Translations under genes and position numbers: made by a program | Notes under the pieces: generated by a model | What the model saw: the letters and a program-made list of their open reading frames with translations, nothing else | Databases searched by the model: none | Told to the model about the DNA's origin: nothing | Shown: positions 26,926 to 39,849 of the stretch, piece by piece | Layout: every line of letters begins with the position of its first letter | Position numbering within the stretch: the stretch's first letter is position 1 | Assembly (NCBI RefSeq): GCF_006345805.1 | Contig: NC_043003.1 | Location: 112,654,001 to 112,718,000 of the forward strand | From: Octopus sinensis | Taxonomy: Eukaryota | DNA: 64,000 bases | Reading direction: 5' to 3'

Positions 26926-27290
26926 CAGAGGCTGGACAAAATAATGGAAACACCTAGCATCATAGCATCATAATTTTTAAATATAAATAAAACCGTCAAA
27001 AGCTTGTTTATTTTTGTTTTTTGAGTTATTATCAGTGTTGCTTAATATGTTTTGCTAAAATTGCTGTTTCTTTTCAGATATCATCAGAAAAGGGTAATTA
27101 AAATTCATTAAAATGACAGATCTGTCGGACTTTCAAAAAGGTCAAATTGTTGGTGCTTGTATGGCAGATGCTAGCATAACAAAAACAGCCAAAATGTTTG
27201 GTGTATAAAGAAGTATTGTCTTGAAAATAATGACAGCCTTTCAGAAAGAGGGAAAAGCTTCCTCGTCGGAACAACACTCCGGAAGAAAAC
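26926..27290 (+). mobile_element. Tc1-like transposon, left end and transposase N-terminus
   Basis: TA|CAGAGGCTGGACAAAATAATGGAAACACC TIR. Translation MTDLSDFQKGQIVGACMADASITKTAKMFGV*RSIVLKIMTAFQKEGKASS is a Tc1 paired-like HTH. Confidence 0.85.
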
Positions 27291-27319
27291 CTGTTGCCTG
27301 GAAGGCCCAGCAGCTATCT

Positions 27320-28120
27320 CTTTCCTTTTTCCAATGACGATTAAGTAGGTTACTTGCACCCACCTTTCTTATCGCAGCCTCTCAACTATTCTCGAACACA
27401 CTTCGCGACAGAAATCTCCTCTCCAACTCTATCTTGCTCTTCAGATGATATCTGAAGTATAGTAGCAGACCAGGGCCAGAGATGAAGGATCCCGCTACGA
27501 GTCCTTGCAATCTGGTCTTCCACACACTCTTTCAACACTGCAACTGTACAGAGGAAACGTCTCATCTTCCTTTGAGAGTCCAGTTGGTGGCACAATATTT
27601 ATTATAGATTAAGCCGACGAGGAAGTTTTTCCCTCTTTCTGAAAGGCTGTCATTTATTATAGATTAAGCCCAGATGTGACGACACGTGTTCAACGTAAAT
27701 TATCAAGTCTGACAGCTTGATAATTTCTACCAGCCCTTTATACAAAACCACTGCGGGCCTTGCCCGTCTTGTGGATAAGCTCGAGTGCCTGTCGACACTC
27801 CTTTTGCTATTCTGTCAGATTACGTCTTTTAATGAAACCGGGTTTAAATCTCTCCATGAATGCTGGTCGCGGAAAGAATCCCTCCGCCAACGGATCTCAC
27901 ATCTTGTCACCTTCCAGATATGGCTAGAGATGCTTCAGCCTCAACGCATGACTGCGCATCATTAGCCAGGTCATCCCTGACCAACCCTTTAGCTGTTTCT
28001 GGCAGCAAACGGAGCGCTTCGGACGTGGCTTTTCTTCTTTCCACAAAAAGCGAAAGAGGAGGCGCTCCAACTTATTTAGCCTCGAGAAGTGGCAAGGGAC
28101 AACGGTTAGGCGCTATCTGA
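27320..28120 (-). pseudogene. Decayed Tx1/L1-like ORF2 C-terminal fragments
   Basis: GMTWLMMRSHALRLKHL (compare GMPWLMMRRHALRLRHL at ~19700) and VLKECV.KTRLQGL...YFRYHLKSKIELER (compare FFKYHLKRKVRVER at ~18960). Confidence 0.75.
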
Positions 28121-28450
28121 TTGCAGATGTAATAAACACCTGTACGACCTCTGCACTTCCTTTCAGATTGTGCCGCCAACCGGACTCTCTAAGGAAAGCG
28201 CGGTATGTTTTCTCTGAACAGTTGCAGTGTTGAAAGAGTGTGTGTGGAAGACCAAATTGCAAGGACTCGTGACGGGATCGTTCATCTCTGGTCCTGGTTT
28301 GCTGACATACTTCAGATAGCATGTGAAGAGCAAGATAGGGCTGGAGAAGAGATGCCTGTCGCGAGGTGTGTTCGAGAAAATATGGAAGACTGTGGTAAGA
28401 AAGCCGGATGCTAGTGACCCTGCTTAATCCTCATGGGAAAGGGAAAAGGT
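28120..28450 (+). pseudogene. Second Tx1/L1-like C-terminal fragment, opposite orientation
   Basis: VAVLKECVWKTKLQGLVTGSFISGPGLLTYFR*HVKSKIGLEKR. Diverged inverted homolog of 27320-27570. Confidence 0.75.
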
Positions 28451-28648
28451 AAATCGCCAAGCTTTTCAGTCCATCAGGTTTAATCCCCACCAAAAAAGTC
28501 AAATTTTAATTAAATATCATTCAATGTATTTAAAAAGTATCATACAAACTCGTAATAACAATAATTATTTGTATTGTCCTGTTTTTTTCCTCTCTATGTA
28601 CGATATTACTTTTCCTAATAAATAATTCACCTCTAGCCGAACAATTAT

Positions 28649-28693
28649 TCTGTGCTGATGAAGGGAAATAACCCGAAAATCACGATACACAGA
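28649..28693 (+). ncRNA. Minimal type I hammerhead ribozyme-like motif (Penelope-type)
   Basis: TCTGTG-CTGATGA-A-GGG-AAATAA-CCC-GAAA-ATCACGAT-A-CACAGA. Stem I 6 bp, stem II 3 bp, short stem III, AUA cleavage triplet. Confidence 0.65.
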
Positions 28694-28859
28694 TATTGTT
28701 TTGAGCTGAGTGGGGGATGCTAGTTTCCCTTGTTTGAAAATATAAGGACAAAGTTGGTGTCGTATAGCCAGCTGGAGACGATTTTTCCGGGGGCTAAATT
28801 ACAGCAACATTCGTCCTAAACCAGGACTGCCATGTTATGTTGGCAAACAATCTTTATTC

Positions 28860-29756
28860 CTTTTGTCTGTTGGCCTTCTATAGATCTAGTACTACTTCCA
28901 GCTTAATTAAAAAGTCCCAACACTAACATGTCTGTGGGTATATTCTTTGTTAGCGAAGACTGAAAACTCAGAATTTATATAATTCTGTGTTTCATCCTCA
29001 TCGTCACATATTCTGCGGTTACTTGCTGTATATTGATCTATTATAAGTTTTGGTGGGTGATTTCTGGATGGAATGCTTTGATACTGTGCTGCAATTAAGA
29101 ACCTATTGGTTTCTTCTTTGAGTTCCGTGCTTATCAACAAGAGTTAGAATTTTACTTTATTTCTTTCTCTGTTTAGCTTCTTTCGGCGCTTATCATCAGC
29201 TTTCTAGATACTGAATTAGAAATTTTGTAGTCCTATGATAGATATTTTATTGTAGTTTTCTAATTGTATAAAAACTCTGTCGCCTTCAATTCGTTACCTT
29301 TCTATATGAGAGTTTGGATGCTGTACTCTAACTGTAGTCACTACTTTTCTTGTCTTCCTGCTTAATTTTGTTAGTTCATTAAGTATCCAGTTAAGACTAT
29401 TGTGACTATAACTTATAACTGGGGCAGCTAGAATATTGACGATTATTATCTTATTTATCGCATTTAGCTGTTTTAAGTATTAATCTAATTCCTCAACATT
29501 ATTCCTTCTTTATGTTTTCTTTCATTTCTACATGTACTTTATCAAGTTAACTGGTTCCTCAGCATTTTGTATGCCTGGGTTTGATCAAGTTCTTTCTTTA
29601 TCGAGATGATGTTGTTCTTAATTTGTTTTCTCCTCATCAAGGCTGCTTTAGCACAATTTTCTAAGTCGAATTCTCATATGATTTAGTTGATAAAATCGTG
29701 TACTTATCTGAGATAGTGTTTCCAGAAGTATTTATTTGCAGCATGCAACTTGAGAT

Positions 29757-29816
<60 letters not shown>

Positions 29817-30680
29817 ACAGATGGTTGAATGTTTTAACATAGCAGATGTATCTATATCCAGTTCTGTTCAGCATGTCGGTAGAAGATATGAATGTCCGAC
29901 AGAAAAAAATAGTGGAGACAGCGAGTCTCCTTGGAATATTCCCCTTCCAATGGGATGGCTTTAGTTTTATCATTTTCTCTTTTGTCTCTTGCAGTAGCAC
30001 TGCTTCCCATTTACTCATCATGTACTATGTATACTATTGCTGTTGGTGCTACCTTATTCATGGTTAGTATTTTCAGGAATGGTGTGTGGGGATTATTGTC
30101 AAAAGCCTTCCGGTAATCTATCAAAGCCATGCTTAGACCCTGCTTATTCTTTTGGCAGTCTTCAGTTATTCCTTTGTTGATCAATAACTGATCTTTATAA
30201 CCATATGAGCCCTTGCATCATCCTCTTTTGGATACAAGTTATTTTCTTCTGGATATCTACCCACTCTCCGCGATATTATTGTAGTTAAGGCTTTGCAGAT
30301 TGTAGGAAAGCATGTTATGACTCAGCAGTTTTGAGGGTTTGAAATTTTAGTGGATCTGGATATGAAGATGTTTCTTTTGGCTTTTTTCGAGCCATTCTGA
30401 TGGTGTCTCTGAGTGATGGTCTCCGCATCTCATTGAATTTCTCTACCCGAATCTTTTGTGTCCCTGTTAAATATGTGAACCAGAAGTTGGGAAAACTGTC
30501 GTGGCCTGGTGCCTTCCAGTCGTTTGATATTTGTAGTGGCAAGGTAACTTCTTCCGAAGTTATGGATGTCTAAAGTTGCCACGCAATGTGCTTGTTGTTT
30601 CGGTTCATCTTTCCTGGATGTATTCCTTCACAGCCTGTAACTTTTCCTGAATTTCTACTTCTCGTGCAGTTGGTAATACA
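28860..30680 (-). pseudogene. R4/Dong(Rex6)-like non-LTR retrotransposon, RT and CCHC region, decayed
   Basis: NDWKAPGHDSFPNFW; IDYRKAFDN; GIFQGDSLSP; NHLLY[..]DLKLHA; LKEETNRFLIAAQYQS...RICDDEDET.NYI.SE..V.ANKEYTHRH. Confidence 0.85.
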
Positions 30681-30760
30681 ACAATCTCTATTTTATCTAC
30701 CTAGTTCTTAGTAGAATCGTCTTGAACTGTTGTACTTTTTTTATCGGTAGTAGTAGTAGC

Positions 30761-30821
<61 letters not shown>

Positions 30822-31179
30822 CGAACAAGTGAGCGATTTGCGATTGTGTTGTTTGGATAAGTAATGTCAAAAACGGTTACATGAAAAGGAAATAAACAGA
30901 CAGAAAGCATTGTAACGGAAGCAGCAGCAGCAACAACAACAACAACAGTAGCAGCAGCAGAAGTAGCAGGTGCAGTAATGGCAGAGACAATCCGAAATTC
31001 TATAAAAGATAGCAGGTGTAAGGGTAGATCAAAAATTTATAGTCAATCACACATACAAACAAATACACATTAAAAGCCATCATTTATAGAATAGTTTAAC
31101 TGTTGTTAGAGTTCTATGGCAATTTACTTTTTTCTATTATCTTCTATTTTCCTCATACACCATTCCCCCTCTCCCCATA

Positions 31180-31185
31180 GGCAAA

Positions 31186-31241
<56 letters not shown>

Positions 31242-31450
31242 ATATATGTATGTATACTTATATACAAACATATATATATATATGCATATATATATACAAA
31301 CATATATATATATGTATATATATATACAAACATATATATATATGTATATATATATACAAACATATATATATATGTATATATATATACAAACATATATATA
31401 TGTATACATATATACAAACATATATATATATATTATATATATATATATAG

Positions 31451-31482
<32 letters not shown>

Positions 31483-31483
31483 G

Positions 31484-31552
<69 letters not shown>

Positions 31553-31770
31553 CATATATACAACATATATATATGTATGTATACATATATACAAACATAT
31601 ATATATGTACGTATACATATATACAAACATATATATATGTATACATATATATAATATATATGTACACATATATATATACATATATGTGTATGTACACATA
31701 TATATATATACATATATACAAACATATATAACATATATATATATATGTATACATATATAACATATATACA

Positions 31771-31809
<39 letters not shown>

Positions 31810-31926
31810 CATATACATATATAAAACATATATATATATGTATACATATATATACATATATACAAACACACATATATATATATATTATATATACAAACAC
31901 ACACACATATATATATATATATACAA

Positions 31927-31957
<31 letters not shown>

Positions 31958-31960
31958 CAA

Positions 31961-32005
<45 letters not shown>

Positions 32006-32090
32006 ATATATACATACACACACAGGTGCCGCAGAAACACACATGCAGACATACACGTGCGAACACAAACACACACACACACACACACAC
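31180..32090. repeat. (TA)n-derived minisatellite array with ~28-30-bp TACAAACATATA-type units
   Basis: Direct reading. Confidence 0.9.
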
Positions 32091-34235
32091 GCTCTGAAAT
32101 AGATGGAAGGAAATGAACAAAAAAAAACATTTTCCGGCAAATCAGAAATAGAAACAGTAAGTACGATATATTTATATATATATATATATGTACATATACG
32201 TGTGTATATGTGAAATTATCTTTTATATGTATACATATATACAAGAGCGTGTATGTATTCCTGTTTATATATATGTATAGTTATATATACATATATATAC
32301 ATTATATATGTATCTATGTGCATGTATGCAGGAATATACGTGTATACATACATATGTATTTATATGTGTATTTGTGAACATATATAGGAAAGTGTATATA
32401 TATTTGTATGCATATATAAATAGATATGCATGTATATCTACCTATATATGTGTCTGCGTTAGTATGTGTGTGTATGTGTGTGTGTGTGTGTAAACGCACA
32501 CCTTCTCATTAAGAAGACATCTTTGTCTTTCTTTGGTGATTCGAGAAGATATTTAAGTTCTTACGTAATAATTACATGTATGTGGATGTGTGCACGTGCA
32601 TGCATGTATTGGTATACATGTATATGTATCTCTATGCATGTGTGTACATGTATGTGCATATGTGTATGTGTACGCATGTGTTTTGCTTCCGTATTTGCAT
32701 CTCTAATATCGATTTTTAAAATGGTACAAGGTCACAGGTTTTCTGTGAGGGGTGCAAAATTGAAAATAGCGACCCTAGTAGTAGTACTTGACTAGTACTT
32801 TATCTTAAACACACCCACCACTAACACCAGAAAGAGGATAACCAAATGTGACCTCGGCAGGATTTAAATCAGAACGTAAATGATCACAAAAATTAAGAAC
32901 CGTAAAATTTCTGCACCTTTGAAATCGTTCTTTCAATCCATTTATGCAGATCAATTTATGATGAGCATTATATCATAAGGCATATCACTAGGTAAATGTT
33001 CCTCATTTTCATAAGCAGATTGTTGAGGCGACGGACTGCATGCGGCCCGAGCATCATAGATTGCCAATACTTGCTCTTACTCTCGTTTTTACATTTGCAT
33101 AGAAGGTTTGTCTTTCATGGTGATTATGGTGATGCAGCACGGAATTTTGTCAGTGAACAGGTCGTGGCCTCAAAGCGACGAAAATATTTTGACAAATTAA
33201 ATTTAAATGTTGAAATGAATCTAACTGTTTTTGTGTGTTTCTTAAATGGCTTATAAACACCTTCCACGCTGCTATTGTTTTCGTTCCAGCACACGATCTC
33301 AGATCAGGTCACTTGCTATGCAAGTACATATTCGGTGATTATTTCGTTTTCTTTTTGCTTTTTTTATATTTGCCTTATGATGTTTTACGTTGATGCTTTT
33401 GCTGAGATTCGTGTTGCCTTTAATGTGTAGATCAAATAAATGCTAGATAAGACTGTCCCTGTCTTAGGTAGGATTTCGAAGATCCAATCTACAATATCCA
33501 ATCTAGTTTAGCTCTCCTGTAGATGTAATATATGGGAAACTTCGCTGTTATTTCTAACAAGCCGCATGATCATGTACAGATCCTTCCGTTGGCTCGTTTT
33601 TGTTTAGTAACGTTTAGTACTTCTATCATCCTGACTTATAAAATAAACAACCTGGATAGTCTCTCCTTCCTATTTTTCTCTCTTTTTTCTACCCAAAGAC
33701 TACAACTTTCCTCTCTAGCTATTCATTCTTAGAATTACTGAAGTAGTAGTAGTAGTAGTAGTAGTATAGTAGTAGTAGTAGTAGTAGAAACAGTAGGGGC
33801 GGCAGTAGCAACAGCCTCAGCAGTCATAGTAATCATAATAGTAGTTGTAACATTGGTAGTGTTGGTGTGGTGGTTGCGATGGTGGCAGCGCCGGCGGTGC
33901 AGATGGTGGTGGTTGTCGCCGCGGTGATGGTGGTAGTGGTGGTGGTTGTGGCGGCGGTGGTGGTGGTGGTGGTGGTCTTGGCACTAATAGTAGTCGTTGC
34001 TTTTGTTGTTTAACTCCAGTTGGAGACTAATCGAGTAGACCTGAGCTCAAATACGTTCCAGCTGTTTGTCCTTTTCTTTTTTTGTCCAAATCTAACGTGC
34101 CTAGAGCTTTATTACATTGTGTAATGCAATTTTTTTCCTTTGGTTAGCAATTACTATTTGCTATTTGCTTACTATTAGAAAATACGAAACATGGCTAATA
34201 TTTCCTTCAAACTTTGCTTTTGTTTTATTTATTCA

Positions 34236-34380
34236 AGATCCAAAGAATCCCTCTCAACACATGGCTATGGTGCTACCCCACTACTCCTGCTCATGATCAG
34301 AGATGCACATATTGTCAGTCACTAAGGGACATGCTCAAGTGACAAGCATATCTGTGGTATTGAGCAGAATATTTTCTATA
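34236..34380. repeat. Internal fragment of the (ATT)n-bounded 540-bp repeat
   Basis: CCAAAGAATCCCTCTCAACACATGGCTATG...CACTAAGGGACATGCTCAA matches 50120-50220 and 61950-62050. Confidence 0.85.
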
Positions 34381-35186
34381 ATGATATTTCTGCTTCCGCA
34401 ACTCGGCACTGAATTTGTCTGAAATGTAATGGGAAATAGGTCAGTTTCAAAACATTGACGTTCAGGTCACACTTAATGACTAAAGACTAAAATAAAAAGT
34501 TAAAATTTTGTTACATATTGTTATCCAACGTATCTTTTGTATATTTTATTTTGTATATTGTAAAGAGTGAACTAAAAGAGATTTGGCTGCTATTTCTAAC
34601 AAAACAAATGACCACGTAAAGGGTCCGTCATCAGCTTGTCCAATCGTTTTGTTACAGGTGAAAGTGTAAAAGTAAGTTTTAGTGCTGAAATATCTGGCTC
34701 ATTCGAGCTGGGGAAAAATTTTTTATCAAAGACATAATGCACTGCTTCGGTAACCATTCATAATGCTGATAAAGACATTCTTGATGTACGTCAGCAACAT
34801 AGCTTAACAAATTCATTAACAAACAGTATTGGAGTTTTTACGACATCAGACAAATTCATTTGAGGACATTTTTTTTTCTTGTATATATTATTGTTGCTAT
34901 TTGCCTCCCGCTCAGTCTTGATAGATCAGACTTATGACCAAAAGAAGTATTCCCACAATGAACATCCCTTCATTTATATATGTGTGCGTGAGAGTGTTTG
35001 TGTATGATATATGTAGTTGAATAAGAAATAGAAAGTCATTGGCACATTATCATATTTTCTAATAATTTTCCACTTTAATAATTAAATATTTACAAGTTTA
35101 CAAAAGGTGGCTCTGTTTAAATAGGGAGTGTTTAATTACAAACATACACGCATACAAACACCAACTCCTACACACATGTATGTATG

Positions 35187-35231
<45 letters not shown>

Positions 35232-35838
35232 TTAAACACTCCTTGTTTAAACGGTGAATAACAAAATAACAAACTAAAATATCAGTTTGAAAACCGCTTT
35301 TAAGCGAGAAACACCTACTAGAGTCACTTTTTGTAAACGTATAACACATCTAATTATTAAAGTGAAAAACTTATAGAATTATCAGAAAAGCCATTTCTAT
35401 TCATTATATATATATAAGAATAAAAATTATAAATAAAGAAACAAGAACGTGAAATACACAAAGGGACGAACACAGAAAACAGACGGGTCATTCGAAGCCT
35501 TTAATCTTCAGTCAGAAACCGGATCATCATAGCAAATTTCGGCTGATTAATTCTGACATTTGCTCCGACGCGGCTAGCCCCAAGGAAAAACTAAGCTGTG
35601 AGCATTAGATTTCCTGGAAAAAGGAACGAATGTAAACGCAACAGGGACGAATATAAATACAAAATACGAAAACAAAAATAAAAATAAAAACAAGAATGGT
35701 TAATAACAGGATAACAGCAGGTGTCTTACGACTTTAGACAAATTGAGACAAATATAACTTATCTAGCAGGCGTGTTTGTAAAAAATTGCCTTTTCGGCAG
35801 AGGGTGAACAATGTTGAGCGGGCTGCGGTCACCAACAT

Positions 35839-35907
<69 letters not shown>

Positions 35908-36021
35908 AGACAGACAGGACTAATGTGTCCAGTTTGTCCCTCCTGTTCTCTCATGGTAGAGCATTATTGATTACAGAAAGATTTGACTGCTAATTCTAGC
36001 AGTTGGGTGTTTGTTTTAGGG

Positions 36022-36508
36022 TAGTGGTTCGCAAACGGTGTCCATATGGCACTTGGGAATCAATATAGGATTTTGTTGCTAAAATGTTTTAAATAAATTC
36101 GCTATACTTCTAAAGGCGTTTTTCCAGGATGGCTGCAGTCAAATGACTGAACCAATTAAAAGAATAATATTTAATTATAACAAATAGGCGGCGAGCGGGT
36201 AGAATCGTTAGCACGCCAGGTAAAATGCTTAGCGGCATTACGTTCTGAATTGAAATTCCATCGAGGTCGTCTCTGTCTTTCATCTTTTCGAGTTCGATAA
36301 AATAAATACCAGATGAACACTAGGGGAGACGATGTAATCGATTAGTCCCATGCCCTGAAATTGCTGGCCTTGTGTCAAAATTTGTAACCAACGTTTAAAT
36401 ATAAAAATACAATATGATTTTTGATATATACCGAATGGCTCTGTAAGCCCACTAGAATAAAAGAGAAATCAAAGGTGTCCAAAGGCTAGAAATGGTTGAG
36501 AACCACTG
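36022..36508. mobile_element. hAT (Charlie-like) MITE carrying a nested family A SINE (36185-36395)
   Basis: TIRs (T)AGTGGTTCGCAAAC / GGTTGAGAACCACTG. Flanking 8-mers TTTTAGGG and CTTTAGAG match at 6 of 8 positions. Confidence 0.7.
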
Positions 36509-37974
36509 CTTTAGAGGATCCTTCCATAGAGAATGGATTTAGCCATCGCCAAGTTATTTACATTTTTGCATATATTTGATATTTTTTATGATGCTGCAGC
36601 TGTTTTTTGTTGTTTTTGTTATTGTTGTTGTTAGGTCTCAGTCTTTCATGAAGCTTTAGTTTTTATTGCTTTATTAATTTGTCTGAAGAAATGATGATCG
36701 GATGTGATGCAGTTTTGTGAGGATAATATAGTTGATATACAACACCAACTTCTTTTCGTTGACGTCTGGAGGAAAATGTGACAACGGGTGGGATTTTTCA
36801 GTTAACTAGTTTTCTCTGAAGAATGGATAAGGAAAGGTTTCAATGCGTAGTTTATAGATGAGACACAACAAACAATTATACATTGCTGGTATTCTTGCGG
36901 CTATTATTGTGGTCTTTGGTGATTATTATTTACTTTTCACGACTATTTTTTTTGTTCATATTATCGTTAATGTTTTAAATATGTGGTGACTAAATAGGAA
37001 TCCAAACACCAAATATGGTAGACACACCTGAACCGAGTCCCTGACATATGGCTTTGTATTGTTTGTCACTGGAAAGCGTACGTTCGACAATGTGACACTT
37101 TGCTTCTTCTCATACGAACTACATCTTCATAATAAACATTCACAGCGAATACATCAGCAGAAAGCCGATTTTCTATCTTGAGTTAAGCCACTGCAACAAA
37201 ATGGTGACTTATCTAGCAACATGACAGAGTAAAAGATTTGAAATACTGTTATAACATATATTAAAGGTTGCTGTATATATTTTTATTGTATGGCGGGGTG
37301 TATTGTTGGTTTTTGCCGCTGGATTTTTATTCATTTAAATTAATTATAATGTGTAGCTTCGTACTGAGATTAATGAGTTTGTTTAAAGACTTTGCTATTT
37401 GTTTTTTTTTACGATCGTCTCTTCTTTTTTTTTTTTGACCAGAGGGAATCAGAATAAGTGTCTTTCTATATATGTACATGTATGTGTGCAAGCATATGTG
37501 CGGGTGTATGTGCATGTATATACATATGAGTGCGTGTGCGTATGTGTGTGTTGTTTATATGTACATTTTATCCGATTATATATATGTATGCATATATTGT
37601 TACTGGTGGATCTATTTACTTTTATTTCTACATCTGGATATACCCATCAATATACACATTTTACAATTAATCTTACTGTGATTATCGGAGAGCCCTTGGA
37701 TTTCATCCCCCACGTATATGCTTTCTCATTGGTACTGTTGTTCCTGTGTATATTCATAAATGTAATTGATTTCCCAAGTAAATTGCTCTCCATGTTTGAG
37801 GCTCCGATGAAGCTATGTGGTGATACTCAAGCACTAAGCTTTGAGTCCACTACATCTTATAGCAGAGACAACTGTAAGCTACCACATTCGAGCCCGTCAG
37901 AGATGATTACTGAGCAAGAACAGCCGAAGAAAATATGTGTTTGTATGTGTGTGCATTTATGAATGTATGTATAC

Positions 37975-38380
37975 AGGAGTGGCTGTGTGGTAAGTAGCTT
38001 GCTAACCAACCACATGGTTCCGGGTTCAGTCCCACTGCGTGGCATCTTGGGCAAGTGTCTTCTTCTATAGCCCCGGGCCGACCAATGCCTTGTGAGTGGA
38101 TTTGGTAGACGGAAACTGAAAGAAGCCTATCGTATATATGTATATATATATGTGTGTGTTTGTGTGTTTGTGTGTCTGTGTTTGTCCCCCCCTAGCATTG
38201 CTTGACAAGCGATGCTGGTGTGTTTACGTCCCCGTTACTTAGCGGTTCGGCAAAAGAGACCGATAGAATAAGTCCTGGGCTTACAAAGAATAAGTCCCGG
38301 GGTCGATTTGCTCGACTAAAGGCGGTGCTCCAGCATGGCCGCAGTCAAATGACTGAAACAAGTAAAAGAGTAAAAGAGTA
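37975..38380 (+). mobile_element. tRNA-derived SINE (family B) with internal (TG)n and (GTAAAAGA)n tail
   Basis: Head GGAGTGGCTGTGTGGTAAG...GGGTTCAGTCCC and a CORE-like TTGGGCAAGTGTCTT segment. Nearly identical to 59783-60212 and 60650-61047. Confidence 0.9.
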
Positions 38381-38399
38381 CATCTTTATATATATATTC

Positions 38400-38630
38400 C
38401 TTCTTGAGCCATGTCAGCCTCATAAGGGTCGGTTTCCCGTTTTCATTGGTGTATATATTCTCCACCCGGCCGCCGGGACGCCGATCTGTCGCAGGAATTT
38501 TGTCAGCTGAGTGGACTGGAGCAATGTGAAATGAAGTTTTTCCTCAAGAACACGACTCGCTGCCCGGTCAAAACCACACTCTTACGATCATGAATTCAAC
38601 ACCCTAACCACTAAGCCACGCGCCTCCGTA
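38400..38630 (-). mobile_element. Decayed tRNA-derived SINE related to 8735-9003
   Basis: Shares GAGCCATGTC.GC.TCATAAGG.CCG.TT.CCCGGTTT with 8716-8755. tRNA-like head GGAGGCGCGTGGCTTAGTGGTTAGGG on minus. Confidence 0.6.
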
Positions 38631-39487
38631 CACACACACACATATATATTTCAGTTGATTCCCTCTGGTCAATGTAGAGAATAGAATAGACGATCGTGAA
38701 AAACAAATGCAATATCTTCAAACGAACTCTGTACGCCACCTCCACACTAATTAATTTAAATAAATTAAAGTCCAGCAACACAACAGCAACGACGGTGAAA
38801 AAAATAATGAAAACGTCATAATAAAAGATAGAAGTCTAAAAACATATACTTCAGAATAAAGCAAAACAATTTGATTGTTCAGAACATGAAACAAATAATC
38901 AAATACACATAGCAACAGAGTCTAATATTTATGCGAAATGCAGTGGGTGTTAGAATTTATATAGTTGTGTCGAGAATGAAGGAAATGATGAATGTGGTAA
39001 TACAAGTAAATCAGTATCATCATCATCGTCATTATTCTTATTTTCTCTTTGTTTTAGTGACTTTGTTTTATACGAGCTGTTTCAAGTCTCACACACCTCA
39101 GCATACAGCCAGTTATACGTTTTACTGTTTGTGCCATGTATGAGTAACAATGGCGTATTTCAAAGGAAAATAGCGCCGAGGTCGGCTTTGCCTTTCGTTC
39201 TTCGTGGTCGATGAAATAAGTATCATTTGAGCAGAGAAGTTGAGGTAATCGACTAATCCCATCCCCAAAATTTCAGACCTTGGACGTATAATAGAAATTA
39301 TTATGATTCAAGGCGGCAAGCTAGGAAAATCTGTAGCCTGCCGGAAAAATACCAAGCGACATTTCCTCTGGCTTCACGTTGTGGGATCGAATTCTGCCAA
39401 GGTCGATTTTATTTTTACATTCCTTCGGGACGTAATCGTCTTCCCCTCCCCTAAAATTTCTCGCACTGTGCCAAAATTAGATAGCAT

Positions 39488-39755
39488 TATTACCCTGCAC
39501 GCATAGACAAAAGCAGGGTATTATAGTCACTCGTATTTGTATGTTTGTTGGTGTGTTTGCAAAATTACTGTAAAACGGCTAAACGGATTTTCACCAAACT
39601 TGGCAGAAAATGATGAAAATTTGGTTTTAATATTTTAAAAACTGGCGGACGGGTGAATCAAAATGTTTTGACTGTGCAGATTTTTTGCGAAATAATTTAT
39701 GTGCACGTGGGGTATGCATCGTTTTGGCATGTTCTCAGCACAAGAATCCATTAGT
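39488..39755 (+). mobile_element. Non-autonomous Helentron-type element (HINE/DINE-1-like)
   Basis: 5' short inverted repeat ACCCTGC...GCAGGGT (39492-39519), (GTTT/GTAT) run, GATTTTCACCAAACTTGG motif, and a second GGGGTAT near the 3' end. Confidence 0.5.
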
Positions 39756-39849
39756 AGCACATAAAAACACGTATTATGTCTACCAAATACTATTTATATC
39801 TCACCAGATGGAATACTTTTTTTTTATTGATCTTACCATCATGGAACAG

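Noticed and set aside
27320-28450. Twin-priming inversion of one LINE
   Set aside because: The inverted arms cover the same C-terminal region and are substantially diverged, so they are separate copies.
29180-29205. CTGATGA...GAAA on minus strand
   Set aside because: Lies inside R4-like coding sequence (ADDKRRK) and stems I and II do not pair.
35485-35515. Minus-strand CTGAAGA...CGAA in a PLE-LTR-like region
   Set aside because: Core and stems are too degenerate to support a call.
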